In this document: positions 1-8,877 of the stretch, piece after piece
Numbering within the stretch: position 1 is the first letter of the stretch
Layout: every line of letters starts with the position of its first letter
DNA from: Octopus sinensis
Taxonomy: Eukaryota
Reading direction: 5' to 3'
Assembly (NCBI RefSeq): GCF_006345805.1
Contig: NW_021826125.1
Coordinates: 1 to 13,554 of the forward strand
DNA length: 13,554 nucleotides
The notes under the pieces: model-generated
What the model saw: the letters and a program-made list of their open reading frames with translations, nothing else
What the model was told of the DNA's origin: nothing
The model's database searches: none
Program-made: the position numbers and the translations under genes

Positions 1-2252
1 CACTACTGACTTGGTCACAAGATAACGGAAGTATCAATTACTTCTAGCTTTTTCCCCCTGGAAGTGACGGAAGTTGTGTTCTGCAGATTTTCAGAGGTAA
101 TGCTCCCGAGCATCTGCCACATACAAAAACCACTTCCTAGTTAGCCTTCCTATGACATTGCTGCACCTCTTATGTGTCCATAGCTTACACTTGGTGCATC
201 TTATAGAGTTTCTACCTAACCTTTTCTACAGATCGAGCAGGGCCATCTACCTGAAGGCGTTTGTGATTTGTCTACCTTCCTACTTATTACGACTTTGGTT
301 TTAGCTAGGTTGACTCTAAGGCCTTCGATTCTAAACCATGCTTCCACACCTGAAACTTCTTCTCCAGTTCTGATAATGACTCAGCAATTAGAGCAAGGTC
401 ATCAGCATAGAGAAGCTCCCAGGGGCATCCTGTCTTGAATTCCTCCGTTATTGCCTGGAGGACTATGATAAATAGGAGGGGGCTGAGGACTGAGCCTTGG
501 TGGACCCCTACCTCTACCGGAATTCTTCACTCTACTCATTTCCAACCTCACCTTACTAGCAGCGTCCCTGTACATGGCTTGCACAGCTCTCACTAACCAT
601 TCTTCTATTCCTAGTTTCCTCATTGACCACCATATGAGGGATCGGGGGACCCTGTCGAAGGCTTTCTCCATGTCAACAAAAGCCAGGTACAGGGCCTTAT
701 CTTTGGCTAGGTATTTCTCCTGCAGCTGCCTTACCAGGAATATAGCATCAGTGGTACTTTTCCCTGGCACGAAACCCAACTGCATCTCATCTAAACTAAC
801 TCTCTCTCTAATTAGTTGGCTTATGACCCTCTCTGTAACCTTCATCACCTGATCCAACAGCTTGATACCCTGTAATTATTTGTATCTAGGGCATCACCTT
901 TACCTTTGTAGCAGTTGACTATTATGCTGCTACACCAGTCATTGGGTATGTCTCCTTCATGTATCACCTGATTAACTATACAGGTGACTAGGCTATAGCC
1001 GACACTACCAGATATTTTGAGCATCTCTGCAGTGATACCTGATGGGCCTGGGGCTTTCCCGTCTTCATGCTTCTAATTGCCTTAGCTACTAAGGAACTAT
1101 CAACCCTGATAGCTGGTCCCTCTGTTGGGTCAACGTTCGGCAGACTCTCTTTATCCCATTCATTTTCTTTATTCAGCAACCTTTCATAGTGGCATCTCCA
1201 AGCCTCTCTCTTTGCATCCTCGTTTAGCGCAAGTGAACCATCTTCCATGCGAACACACTTCTCTCCCACCACATCACAATTCTCTCTCACACACTGTCTT
1301 GCAACGCGAAACACCTCCAGTCTTTTGGTCCTCACGGCGCAGAACATTGGCAAAAAGTTTCTCTCTGCTTCCCCTCTGGCTAGATAGACCTGTCTCCTAG
1401 CTTCCCTTTTAGCAGTCTGATACAATTCCCTGCTACCACCATTCTTCCAGTGCTTCCAAGTCTGTCTCTTTTCTCTAATAGTCCTGTCTACGACACTGTT
1501 CCACCCCACGTTACTTGGGACGAGAGGGGACTTTGTACCAGCCACAGATCTGGTCAGTGGCTCTCAGCAGGTGTCCCTTAGAAACGTCCAGTTGTCCTCT
1601 AGCCCATGTGATACACTATCCCCTTCTACTTCGTCAAAGGCTTCAAGTAACATGTCTCTAAATCTCTGTCCATTCACAGGATCCTTAAGCTTCCAGATCC
1701 TTCTTCTCCATGTTGGTCGTCTTCTGGTTGTCCTCCTACTCCTGATCCTAAAGTCACTAACTACCAGTCTGTTTGTGGGGTGCATTCTTCGCCTGGGAAT
1801 GTTTTGGCATTTATAAGTAGCCATGTCTCCCTTTGCCTGGCAAGGATGTAGTCAATTTGGCTGGTATGTGTGGCCCGATCGGGGGTGACTAGGTGGCTGG
1901 TAGGTTTCCTGAAGTTAGTGTTGCAAATCATAAGATTATTTGCATCGCAGAACTCCAGCAGCCTGGTTCCCTCCTCGTTGCGGGAACCAGAGCCATAGCC
2001 TCCATGTACGCCGTGGAAGCCCCCAGCATGTCGTCCAACGTGACCATTGAAGTCACCAGCCACAAAGAGAAGGTCTCTGTCGTTCGTCAACGAGGTAGTC
2101 TGCAGTAGAGTGTCATAGAATCGGTCTTTCTGTCCATCAGGTAGCCCCGACTGAGGAGCATAGGCTGATATAATTGTTGCTAAACTATGATGAAGCGCTA
2201 ATCTAATCTTAAGTATTCTGTCGCATACTCTGATTACCTCAATTACTTTATC
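1..2252 (-). mobile_element. RTE-clade non-LTR retrotransposon (LINE), 5'-truncated within the endonuclease; 3' part continues beyond window start
   Basis: Minus-strand translation across frameshifts gives APE motifs (IISAYAPQSG, VAGDFNGHVG, GSRNEEGTRLLEFC, SQIDYIL) and RT motifs (QLGFVPGKSTTDAIF, AFVDMEKAFDRVPR, GVHQGSVLSP, LLYADDL with YADD at 409-398, GLRVNLAKTK). Coding signal starts abruptly at 2252 (DKVIEVIRVCDR) next to a (TA)n tract. Confidence 0.93.
1..2252 (-). pseudogene. Frameshifted APE endonuclease-reverse transcriptase ORF of the RTE element
   Basis: ORF-track fragments 1761..2090, 1564..1824, 988..1545 and 402..857 are consecutive pieces of one APE-RT protein. It extends by hand through the RT palm and a Cys/His finger to FRYL(G)D near position 15-30. 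Confidence 0.88.
110..239 (-). other. PHD-type (Cys4-His-Cys3) zinc-finger coding segment inside the RTE RT domain
   Basis: With two 1-nt frame corrections it reads CSICRKG(V)GRNSIRCTKCKLWTHKRCSNVIGRLTRK(x)VFVCGRC, lying between the KTK and FRYLG motifs. Confidence 0.8.
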
Positions 2253-2403
2253 TATATATATATTATATATATATATATATTTCTATATATATATTTATAT
2301 ATTTATATATATATTATATTATATATATATTATTTAATATATATATATATTTAATATATATATTATATTATATATTTATATATATATTTATATATATATA
2401 TTT
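2253..2403. repeat. Degenerate (TA)n microsatellite
   Basis: Near-pure TA alternation with occasional TT slips. Confidence 0.97.
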
Positions 2404-4054
2404 AAGACCCGGCAAGACTAGTCAGGTCATAACCCGTGGGCCCTACCTGGGACGTAGTCAGTCCACCTGTACATACCTTCCTTCTTGTGACACTTGTGAA
2501 GACCTGCTGAGGCAAGTGAAAATCAAATCAAATCAAAACAAATCAAAATAGATGAACATCAATGAATTTGTATCCTGTGGTACCAGTGCCGGTGGCACAC
2601 AAGAATCCATCCGAACGTGGCCGTCGTCAGTACCGCTTGTGGTACCAGTGCCGGGGCACACAAGAATCCATCCGAACGTGGCCGTAGTCAGTACCGCTTG
2701 TGGTACCAGTGCCGGTGGCACACAAGAATCCATCCGAACGTGGCCGTAGTCAGTACCGCTTGTCGGTACCAGTGCCGGTGGCACACAAGAATCCATCCGA
2801 ACGTGGCCGTAGTCAGTACCGCATCACTCGCCATCGTGCTGTGGGCACATAACAAACACCATCCGGTCGTGGCCGTTCGCTAGCCTCATCTAGCACCTGT
2901 GTCGGTGGCACATAAAAAGTAGTCAGTACCGCTTGTGGTACCAGTGCCGGTGGCACACAAGAATCCATCCGAACATGGCCGTAGTCAGTACCGCATCACC
3001 GGCCATCGTGCTGTGGGCACATAAAAAAACACCATCCGGTCGTGGCCGTTCGCCAGCCTCATCTAGCACCTGTGTCGTGGCACATAAAAACACCTTCCGA
3101 AGACCCGGCAAGAATGGCAGGCCATAAACCATGGCCCCTACCTGGGACGTAGTCAGTCCACCTGTGCAAACCTTCCTCCTTGTGATACTTGTGAAGGCCT
3201 GTTGAGGCAAGTGAAAATCAAAATCAAATCAAATCAAAACAAATCAAAATAGATGAACATCAATGGAATTTGTATCTTTGTGGTACCAGTGCCTGTGGCA
3301 CACAAGAGAAAACCATCCGAAAGTGGCCGTAGCCAGTACCGCATCAACTGGCCTCCGTGCTGTGGGTACATGACAAACACCATCCGATCGTGGCCGTTCG
3401 CCAGCCTCATCTAGCACCTGTGTCGGTGGCACATAAAAAACACCATCCGAAGACCCAGCAAGACTAGTCAGGCCATACCCATGGCCCCTACCTGGGACGT
3501 AGTCAGTCCACCTGTGCATACCTTCCTTCTTGTGACACTTGTGAAGACCTGTTGAGGCAAGTGAAAATCAAATCAAAACAAATCAAAATAGATGAACATC
3601 AATGGAATCTGTATCTTTGTGGTACCAGTGCCGGTGGCACACAAGAGAACCATCCGAACGTGGCCGTAGCCAGTTCCGCATCGACCGGCCTCCGTGCTGT
3701 GGGCACGTAACAAACACCATCCGATCATGGCCGTTCGCCAGCCTCATCTGGCACCTGTGTCGGTGGCACATAGAAACACCTTCCGAAGACCCGGCAAGAC
3801 TAGTCAGTCCACCTGTGCATACCTTCCTTCTTGTGACACTTGTGAAGACCGGTTGAGGCAAGTGAAAATCAAATCAAATCAAAATAGACAAAATAGATGA
3901 ACATCAATGGAATTTGTATCCTGTGGTACCAGTGCCTGTGGCACACAAGAAATCCATCAGTGCCGTAGTCAGTGCGGTGGGCACATGACAAACACCATCC
4001 GATCGTGGCCGTTCACCAGCCTCATCTAGCACCTGTGTCGGTGGCACATAAAAA
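2404..4054 (+). repeat. Higher-order tandem repeat of 4 large units starting at 2404, 3100, 3450 and 3786
   Basis: Each unit starts AAGACCC(G/A)GCAAGA and contains CACTTGTGAAG...GAGGCAAGTG, an (AAATC)n tract and GATGAACATCAATG, followed by ~62-bp monomers. Units 2 and 3 are 350 and 336 bp; unit 1 is internally expanded; unit 4 has deletions. Confidence 0.93.
2576..2822 (+). repeat. Tandem repeat, 4 x ~62 bp (TGTGGTACCAGTGCCGGTGGCACACAAGAATCCATCCGAACGTGGCCGTAGTCAGTACCGCT)
   Basis: Near-identical units start at 2576, 2638, 2699 and 2761. Confidence 0.95.
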
Positions 4055-4242
4055 CACCATCCGAGCGTGGCCGTCTGCCAGCCTCGTCTGGCACCTGTGT
4101 CGGTGGCACATAAAAAACACCATCCGAGCGTGGCCGTCTGCCAGCCTCGTCTGGCACCTGTGTCGGTGGCACATAAAAAACACCATCCGAGCGTGGCCGT
4201 TTGCCAGCCTTCTCTGGCACCTGTGTCGGTGGCACATAAAAT
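3993..4242 (+). repeat. Tandem repeat, 4 x 62-63 bp (CACCATCCGAGCGTGGCCGTCTGCCAGCCTCGTCTGGCACCTGTGTCGGTGGCACATAAAAA)
   Basis: Units start at 3993, 4055, 4118 and 4181. Confidence 0.95.
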
Positions 4243-4391
4243 CACCCACTACACTCTCGGAGTGGTTGGCGTTAGGAAGGGCATCCAGCTGTAGAAACAC
4301 TGCCAGATCTGACTGGACTGGTGCAGCTTTCGGGCTCCCCAGACCCCAGTTGAACCGTCCAACCCATGCTAGCATGGAAAGCGGACGTTAA

Positions 4392-4417
4392 ATGATGATG
4401 ATGATGATGATGATGAT
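4392..4417 (+). repeat. (ATG)n microsatellite tail of SINE copy A
   Basis: Eight ATG triplets; they create the artefactual poly-Met start of ORF 4392..5339. Confidence 0.95.
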
Positions 4418-4430
4418 ATTTATAACAAGA

Positions 4431-7299
4431 ATGGAAAAAGTAAGCATTGAGTTCTCCCCTAAAGACATCCCCTTACATAGTATAGATGAATATAATTGGC
4501 TTCTCATTCATAGGATTAACGATTTCATTAGAAGAATCAGGTGGAAAACGTACCATTTTGATGTCAAACAGAAGAAGAAACCACAGGAAAAGAATACCGA
4601 AAAGAATTTTAGAAGAATTTTTAAAAGTAGAAAAAGTCCACCTCAGAACCCATTCCTGGAGAACTTTGAGAAAGACTTGCTGAATCTTATAGATGATATT
4701 AGCTTCAAGGAACACCCGTTAAGATATAACCCTCACCTTAGACACCTTAGGAACTTTATTCAGTCAACCCGGTGCAAACATGGAATCCTAGTACCAGCAG
4801 ATAAAACGGGTAATATGTATAGAGTTGATTACGATATTTATAGCAAATTAATTAGGAAGGAACTAAACTCCAAATATAAAATTACGACTAAGAACAATTT
4901 GAAAAAAGTAAACCTGGAGATGAAAGAGATCATGGAGAAACTAAATTTAACGGATAGAACAGAGCCACTTAAACCGTGTGAGCCCAGGATCAACCTTAAA
5001 GACCACAAAAAGAATTTCTTGGAAAACCCTTCGGTAAGGCTGATCTGTCCAACTAAGTCGGACATTGGCCGACTTAGTAAATCTATCCTGGATACTGTTC
5101 TACCCCAAATAACCCCTCTTCTCCCCTTAAACCTATGGCTAAGTACGGACGAAGTTCTAAAATGGTTTAACTCTCTAACTAATACTAGTAGTCTGTCCTT
5201 TATTCAGTTCGATATTAATAGTTATTACTCTAGTATTTCCCCTATCTTACTCAACAAATCACTAATATTTGCCATGAATCGCTCCCTCATATCTAGAGAA
5301 GAAATCAATATTGTGCTACTAGCTAGGAAGACATTATAGAATTTGAAGATAATTATGGACTAGAGCAGATACACCTAATTATTTTGATATACCAATGGGT
5401 TCCAGTGATTCGGCTGAGGTAACCAACCTAGTAGGCGCATATCTATTAAAATGCATAAGCAAGGATATCCCAGAAATACAGGGGGGTCTATATAGGGATG
5501 ATGCTCTGTTTGTTATCCCTAGTAATAATAAATCTGTTATAGAAAGGATTAGAAAGAAAATTAATCAGTTCTTTAAGGATTCACCTCAGTATAACGTATG
5601 AACCGGGCACTAAAATAGTTAACTTCCTAGATATTACGCTAGACCTTAACTCCAAGCTGCATTACCCATTTAGAAGGAAGGCGAAATCATGAATTACGTA
5701 AATAAATTATCAAATCATCCCCCAAATATAATTGAATCTTTAGTAAGAAATATTTCATTAAGAATTTCAAAATTATCATCCAATAAGGATATATTTAACT
5801 CCCATTCTGAGCATTATAATGCGGCGTTAACTAAGGCTGGATACAACCAAAAGATTACATTCGTTGATAAGGAGAACTCACGTATTCCTAATGAAGAAGT
5901 TATCAGTAATCACGTAAGCAGCAATACAGACCAAGCCCGGAATAAAAGTAGAATTAAATTAACGGTAAACGCTAATCTAACGTACAGGCCCAACAATTCA
6001 AATAGAAGCATTGACCAGAACATAGGTAACTCGGATAATATCGAAGTAGATAAACCTAAGATGCACACAAATATAAATAAAAATAATGGTAATAAATACA
6101 ATAACTCCGGCGAGATGAATAGTAATAATTCTACGAACCCTAAATTTAATAAAAAAGATATATTATGGCTGAATATTCCTTTCAACTGTGCGATACAATC
6201 GGATATACAGAACAAATTCAAAGTAATTCTGGAAAAAAATTTCCCTATCTCTCATAGATATCATAGAATTATTTCTAGGAAAACAGTTAGGATTTCTTAT
6301 TCAACCCTCCCAAATATGTCCACTTTAATAGCTAAGATTAATAATAACAACAATAATAACAACTAGCCAGGAAAGATAGAAATAAAAATAATAATATCAG
6401 CATGAATACCAATAGCAATTATAATAATACTACCAACAATAAAAACAGCAATAGTAACTATCAAAACATAGGTGAAATTAGTAACCACAGAAAGACTAAT
6501 AACATTAACATTAATAGTAATAATAACAATGCCGATATTAATAGAAGTAATAATGTTAATAATAGAAATAATAGAAATAAGGCTAATGGAGAAAATAAGG
6601 AGAATGAAAATATCAGTGATATCTATAACAACAATATGCAGTCGGATAAAAAGACTAACAATAATAGTAGCATTACCATAATATAAGAAATCATGGTAGG
6701 ACTTTAGACCTAAATGATGAAACAGAAGGATCAATAAATAATAGCAATACTTTAGATATCAGCACCAACTATAGAAATATTAATAACAATAAGGACAATT
6801 ATACTCATGATAATCAAAATAATAGGAACCTAAGACATCTACCCAAAATAATCCAAAACCTGAAGTTGTTCCTCCTGTGTGTAAGTGTAGAATAAAATCA
6901 AAATGCCCGGCACCTGGTCTATGCGGAGAAAATAATGTAATCTATAAATGTACCATATCCACGGAGAATAACAAATATTTTTACATTGGATGTACAATTA
7001 ATTTTCTAGCCAGAGTTAGAAATCACATCTCGTCTTTTAAATTACGTCATAAAGCTGGTACCACCACACTTTCAAACAAAATCTGGGAACTCAAATAATA
7101 ATAATAATTATAACCTTAATTGGGAAATAGTTAGGAGAGCAATTCCGTATAAAATAGTAGGGTTGGTTGCCAACTATGCTCCATGGAAACGTATGAAATT
7201 CTAAAGCACAGTAAACATAGAAAATTATTGAATAACCATATCGAACTAGGTCAAGTTTGTGTCCACGCTAAATTGAAGACTTTAAAATATTTTAAATGA
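4431..7299 (+). pseudogene. PLE reverse transcriptase-GIY-YIG endonuclease polyprotein, frameshifted in this sequence but possibly intact
   Basis: Motifs in order: FIRRIRWKTYHF, PADKTGNMY, NLKDHKKNF...VRLICP, FIQFDINSYYSSI, FDIPMGSSDSAEV, GGLYRDDAL (YRDD 5491-5502), VNFLDITLDL, YVNKLSNHPP, WLNIPF, ISYSTLPNM, CKCRIKSKCP..GLC, VIY..YIG, CQLC, LLN..CVH. Stop TGA at 7297-7299. Confidence 0.93.
6877..7299 (+). other. Cys-rich linker and GIY-YIG endonuclease domain of the PLE
   Basis: CKCRIKSKCPAPGLCGENNVIYKCTISTENNKYFYIGCTINFLARVRNHISSF; after frame correction WEIVRRAIPY...GCQLCSMETYEI...LLNNHIELGQVCVH. Confidence 0.9.
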
Positions 7300-8039
7300 T
7301 TAGAATATTCGTAACTAGATAGATAGATAGATATAACTTGATTTTTACTAGTATAGCACTGCTTTAAGTAGATAACTAAGAGTTCTCACGCTACAGTTAT
7401 CTTTTTCCTTATATCTGCATCAGTTTTTTGAGATCAGGGAAATAAATAGTACTTATACGCTGCTTAATTGAGGCTTTATTTAATTTCAAACTCATATTTT
7501 AAATCTTAATTTTAAATCTTAATTGTAATTTTTAATTTTAATTCTTAACTTAATCTAATTAAGTAGCATAACTTTAATAAAATAAAATGAGTACTAAAGC
7601 CCCATAATTCTATTTCAAAATTAATAAATAAGGCTACTACTCCTCGGTGATAATATGATTATCTTCATTATGATAGACAATTCCCTAACACCTTGTAAAA
7701 GATCTTCTAAGATTTGACCTGTAGTCCGTCAATGTATGAATAATAACGGCAACTCCTTAAGACAACAAAAATGAATAAATGAAATAAATAAATTTTAATG
7801 ACTTTTTGATAAGATTATACTTAGATTTTCCTAATGTATTTTCTTTTGATTTTAGCCTCTGACTCCTAAACCCCTGACCGTGTTATCTCTTTAGATTCTC
7901 TTTAAATTCATAGCTGATTTCAACAGCAATAAATTAGCTGTTTTACTGGTCAAAGAATAATATTCTCCTCTAGTTCCTAGATGCCTGTAAATTAAAACCA
8001 CTTGACTTGCCGGCTACTAATTCTTCTGTATAACTAGAA

Positions 8040-8232
8040 CCCTCTTTTTTTTTTCTTTTTTTTCCCTTCTTTCCCTATTTCTTTCTTTTTCTCTTTTTTC
8101 TTTTTCTTCTTATTCTCTTTTTCCTTTTCTCTTCTCTTTTAGTCCCCCTCCCCCCCCCTTTTTGCTCCCTCCTCCTTTATTTTCTCTCTTTTCTTTTCTT
8201 TCTTCCCTTCCTTTTCTGTTCTTTGCATCTCT
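8040..8232 (+). repeat. Polypyrimidine (T/C) low-complexity tract
   Basis: About 190 nt made almost entirely of T and C runs. Confidence 0.9.
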
Positions 8233-8326
8233 AGTAAGCCCTTCAGCCTTTAAAAGTTAAATAGCTACAGCCTCTTGTAAATAGCAGTAATGTGATTAAT
8301 GTGGCAAATACCTAATCATATAACAA

Positions 8327-8615
8327 GAATTGATACCTACCTCATTGTGTTCAACCACTGATAAATTTATCGCCTGTGAATATGAAATTCCTCTTCATTT
8401 CTCTGGAAATTTACATCTACACCATTGGAAATTGTGCATCTATACAAAGGATTAATTCACCCTCTCTGTAATGCTAATAAGCAGGAATTGAGACCCACCT
8501 CGTTGTGATTAACAATGGATAAATTTGTCGTCTGTGAGTATGTAATCCCTCCTCATATCTCTGGAAATTCATATGTGCACTATGGATTAGGTCACCTTCT
8601 CTGTGATGCTATTAA
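8327..8615 (+). repeat. Diverged tandem duplication (8327-8480 and 8485-8615)
   Basis: GAATTGATACCTACCTCATTGTG..GATAAATTT..CTCTGGAAATT..CTCTGTAATGCTAATAA aligns with GAATTGAGACCCACCTCGTTGTG..GATAAATTT..CTCTGGAAATT..CTCTGTGATGCTATTAA; copy 2 is ~23 nt shorter. Confidence 0.88.
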
Positions 8616-8759
8616 AACTTTTTTTAAATTCTGTGATAAGACTGTACATCATCTTTAAAGAACTTTAATGAACTTTGGAAATCTGTTATGTTACTAATTA
8701 TCTACATTACTTCATGAGTATAGCCTCAACCACTAGGATGTCTAGAGAACTCACATGTA

Positions 8760-8850
8760 TTTTAGCTGATGAGTACGGGACACGTTTATATGCTGTAATT
8801 TTTGCAACATTTAATAAAGCCTGTCCTTGTATGAAACGATTGTACTAAAA
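8760..8850 (+). ncRNA. Type I hammerhead ribozyme, predicted cleavage after GUA at 8844
   Basis: Stem I TTTTAG (8760-8765) / CTAAAA (8845-8850); core CTGATGA (8766-8772); stem II GTACGGGACA (8773-8782) / TGTCCTTGTAT (8822-8832) with a further inner helix; GAAA (8833-8836); minimal stem III AC-GATT-GT; cleavage triplet GTA (8842-8844). Confidence 0.87.
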
Positions 8851-8877
8851 ACCTATCCATTCTTGTTGCTTCTTTCT
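8813..8877 (+). terminator. Putative polyadenylation signal AATAAA (8813-8818) with downstream U/GU-rich element (8860-8877)
   Basis: Canonical hexamer followed ~40 nt later by TTCTTGTTGCTTCTTTCT at the element's 3' end. The AT-rich background lowers specificity. Confidence 0.45.

Larger units (their letters stand above)
2404..4417 (+). mobile_element. Composite non-autonomous SINE-like retroelement (copy A) with amplified internal repeats, RTE-type 3' stem-loop and (ATG)n tail
   Basis: The array 2404-4242 runs without break into a unique tail at 4243-4391 (GGTTGGCGTTAGGAAGGGCATCCAGC...CCATGCTAGCATGGAAAGCGGACGTTAA) followed by (ATG)8. The same tail recurs at 8963-9153 (-) and from 9696 (+). 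No tRNA-type head (A/B box) identified. Confidence 0.78.

Noticed and set aside
2420-2470. Twister-like CTAC-GTCCCAG-GTAG-GGG on the minus strand
   Set aside because: P2, the conserved UAA cleavage strand and the GAG segment are missing.
2504-2522. Hammerhead-like CTG(C/T)TGA-GGCAAGT-GAAA in each large unit
   Set aside because: The core lacks the conserved A of CUGANGA, stem II cannot form, and there is no stem III or cleavage triplet. The segment instead fits a CACTTG/CAAGTG hairpin.
4055-4117. HDV-like ribozyme in the monomer (GCCAG-CCTCGT-CTGGC resembles P3/L3)
   Set aside because: I could not build P1, P1.1 and P2 pairings or a J4/2 strand with the catalytic C.
2576-4242. CRISPR-like appearance of regularly spaced palindromic repeats
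   Set aside because: Units are full tandem copies with no unique spacers, there are no cas genes, and the context is eukaryotic retroelements.
2533-4391. Many short ORFs across the repeat array, and likewise at 9239-9828
   Set aside because: They are repetitive translations of tandem repeats in several frames with no protein motifs.
4392-4430. Poly-Met N-terminus of the PLE ORF
   Set aside because: It derives from the SINE (ATG)n tail being in frame by chance; the probable start is ATG 4431.
6363-6734. Hydrophobic Ile-rich minus-strand ORF resembling a membrane protein
   Set aside because: It is the antisense shadow of the AAT-rich Asn linker.
4421-8330. 12-bp direct repeat TATAACAAGAAT (4421-4432 and 8319-8330) as a target site duplication
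   Set aside because: It would cut into the start codon and exclude the hammerhead. The second copy overlaps the start of the 8327-8615 duplication, and an AT-rich chance match is likely.
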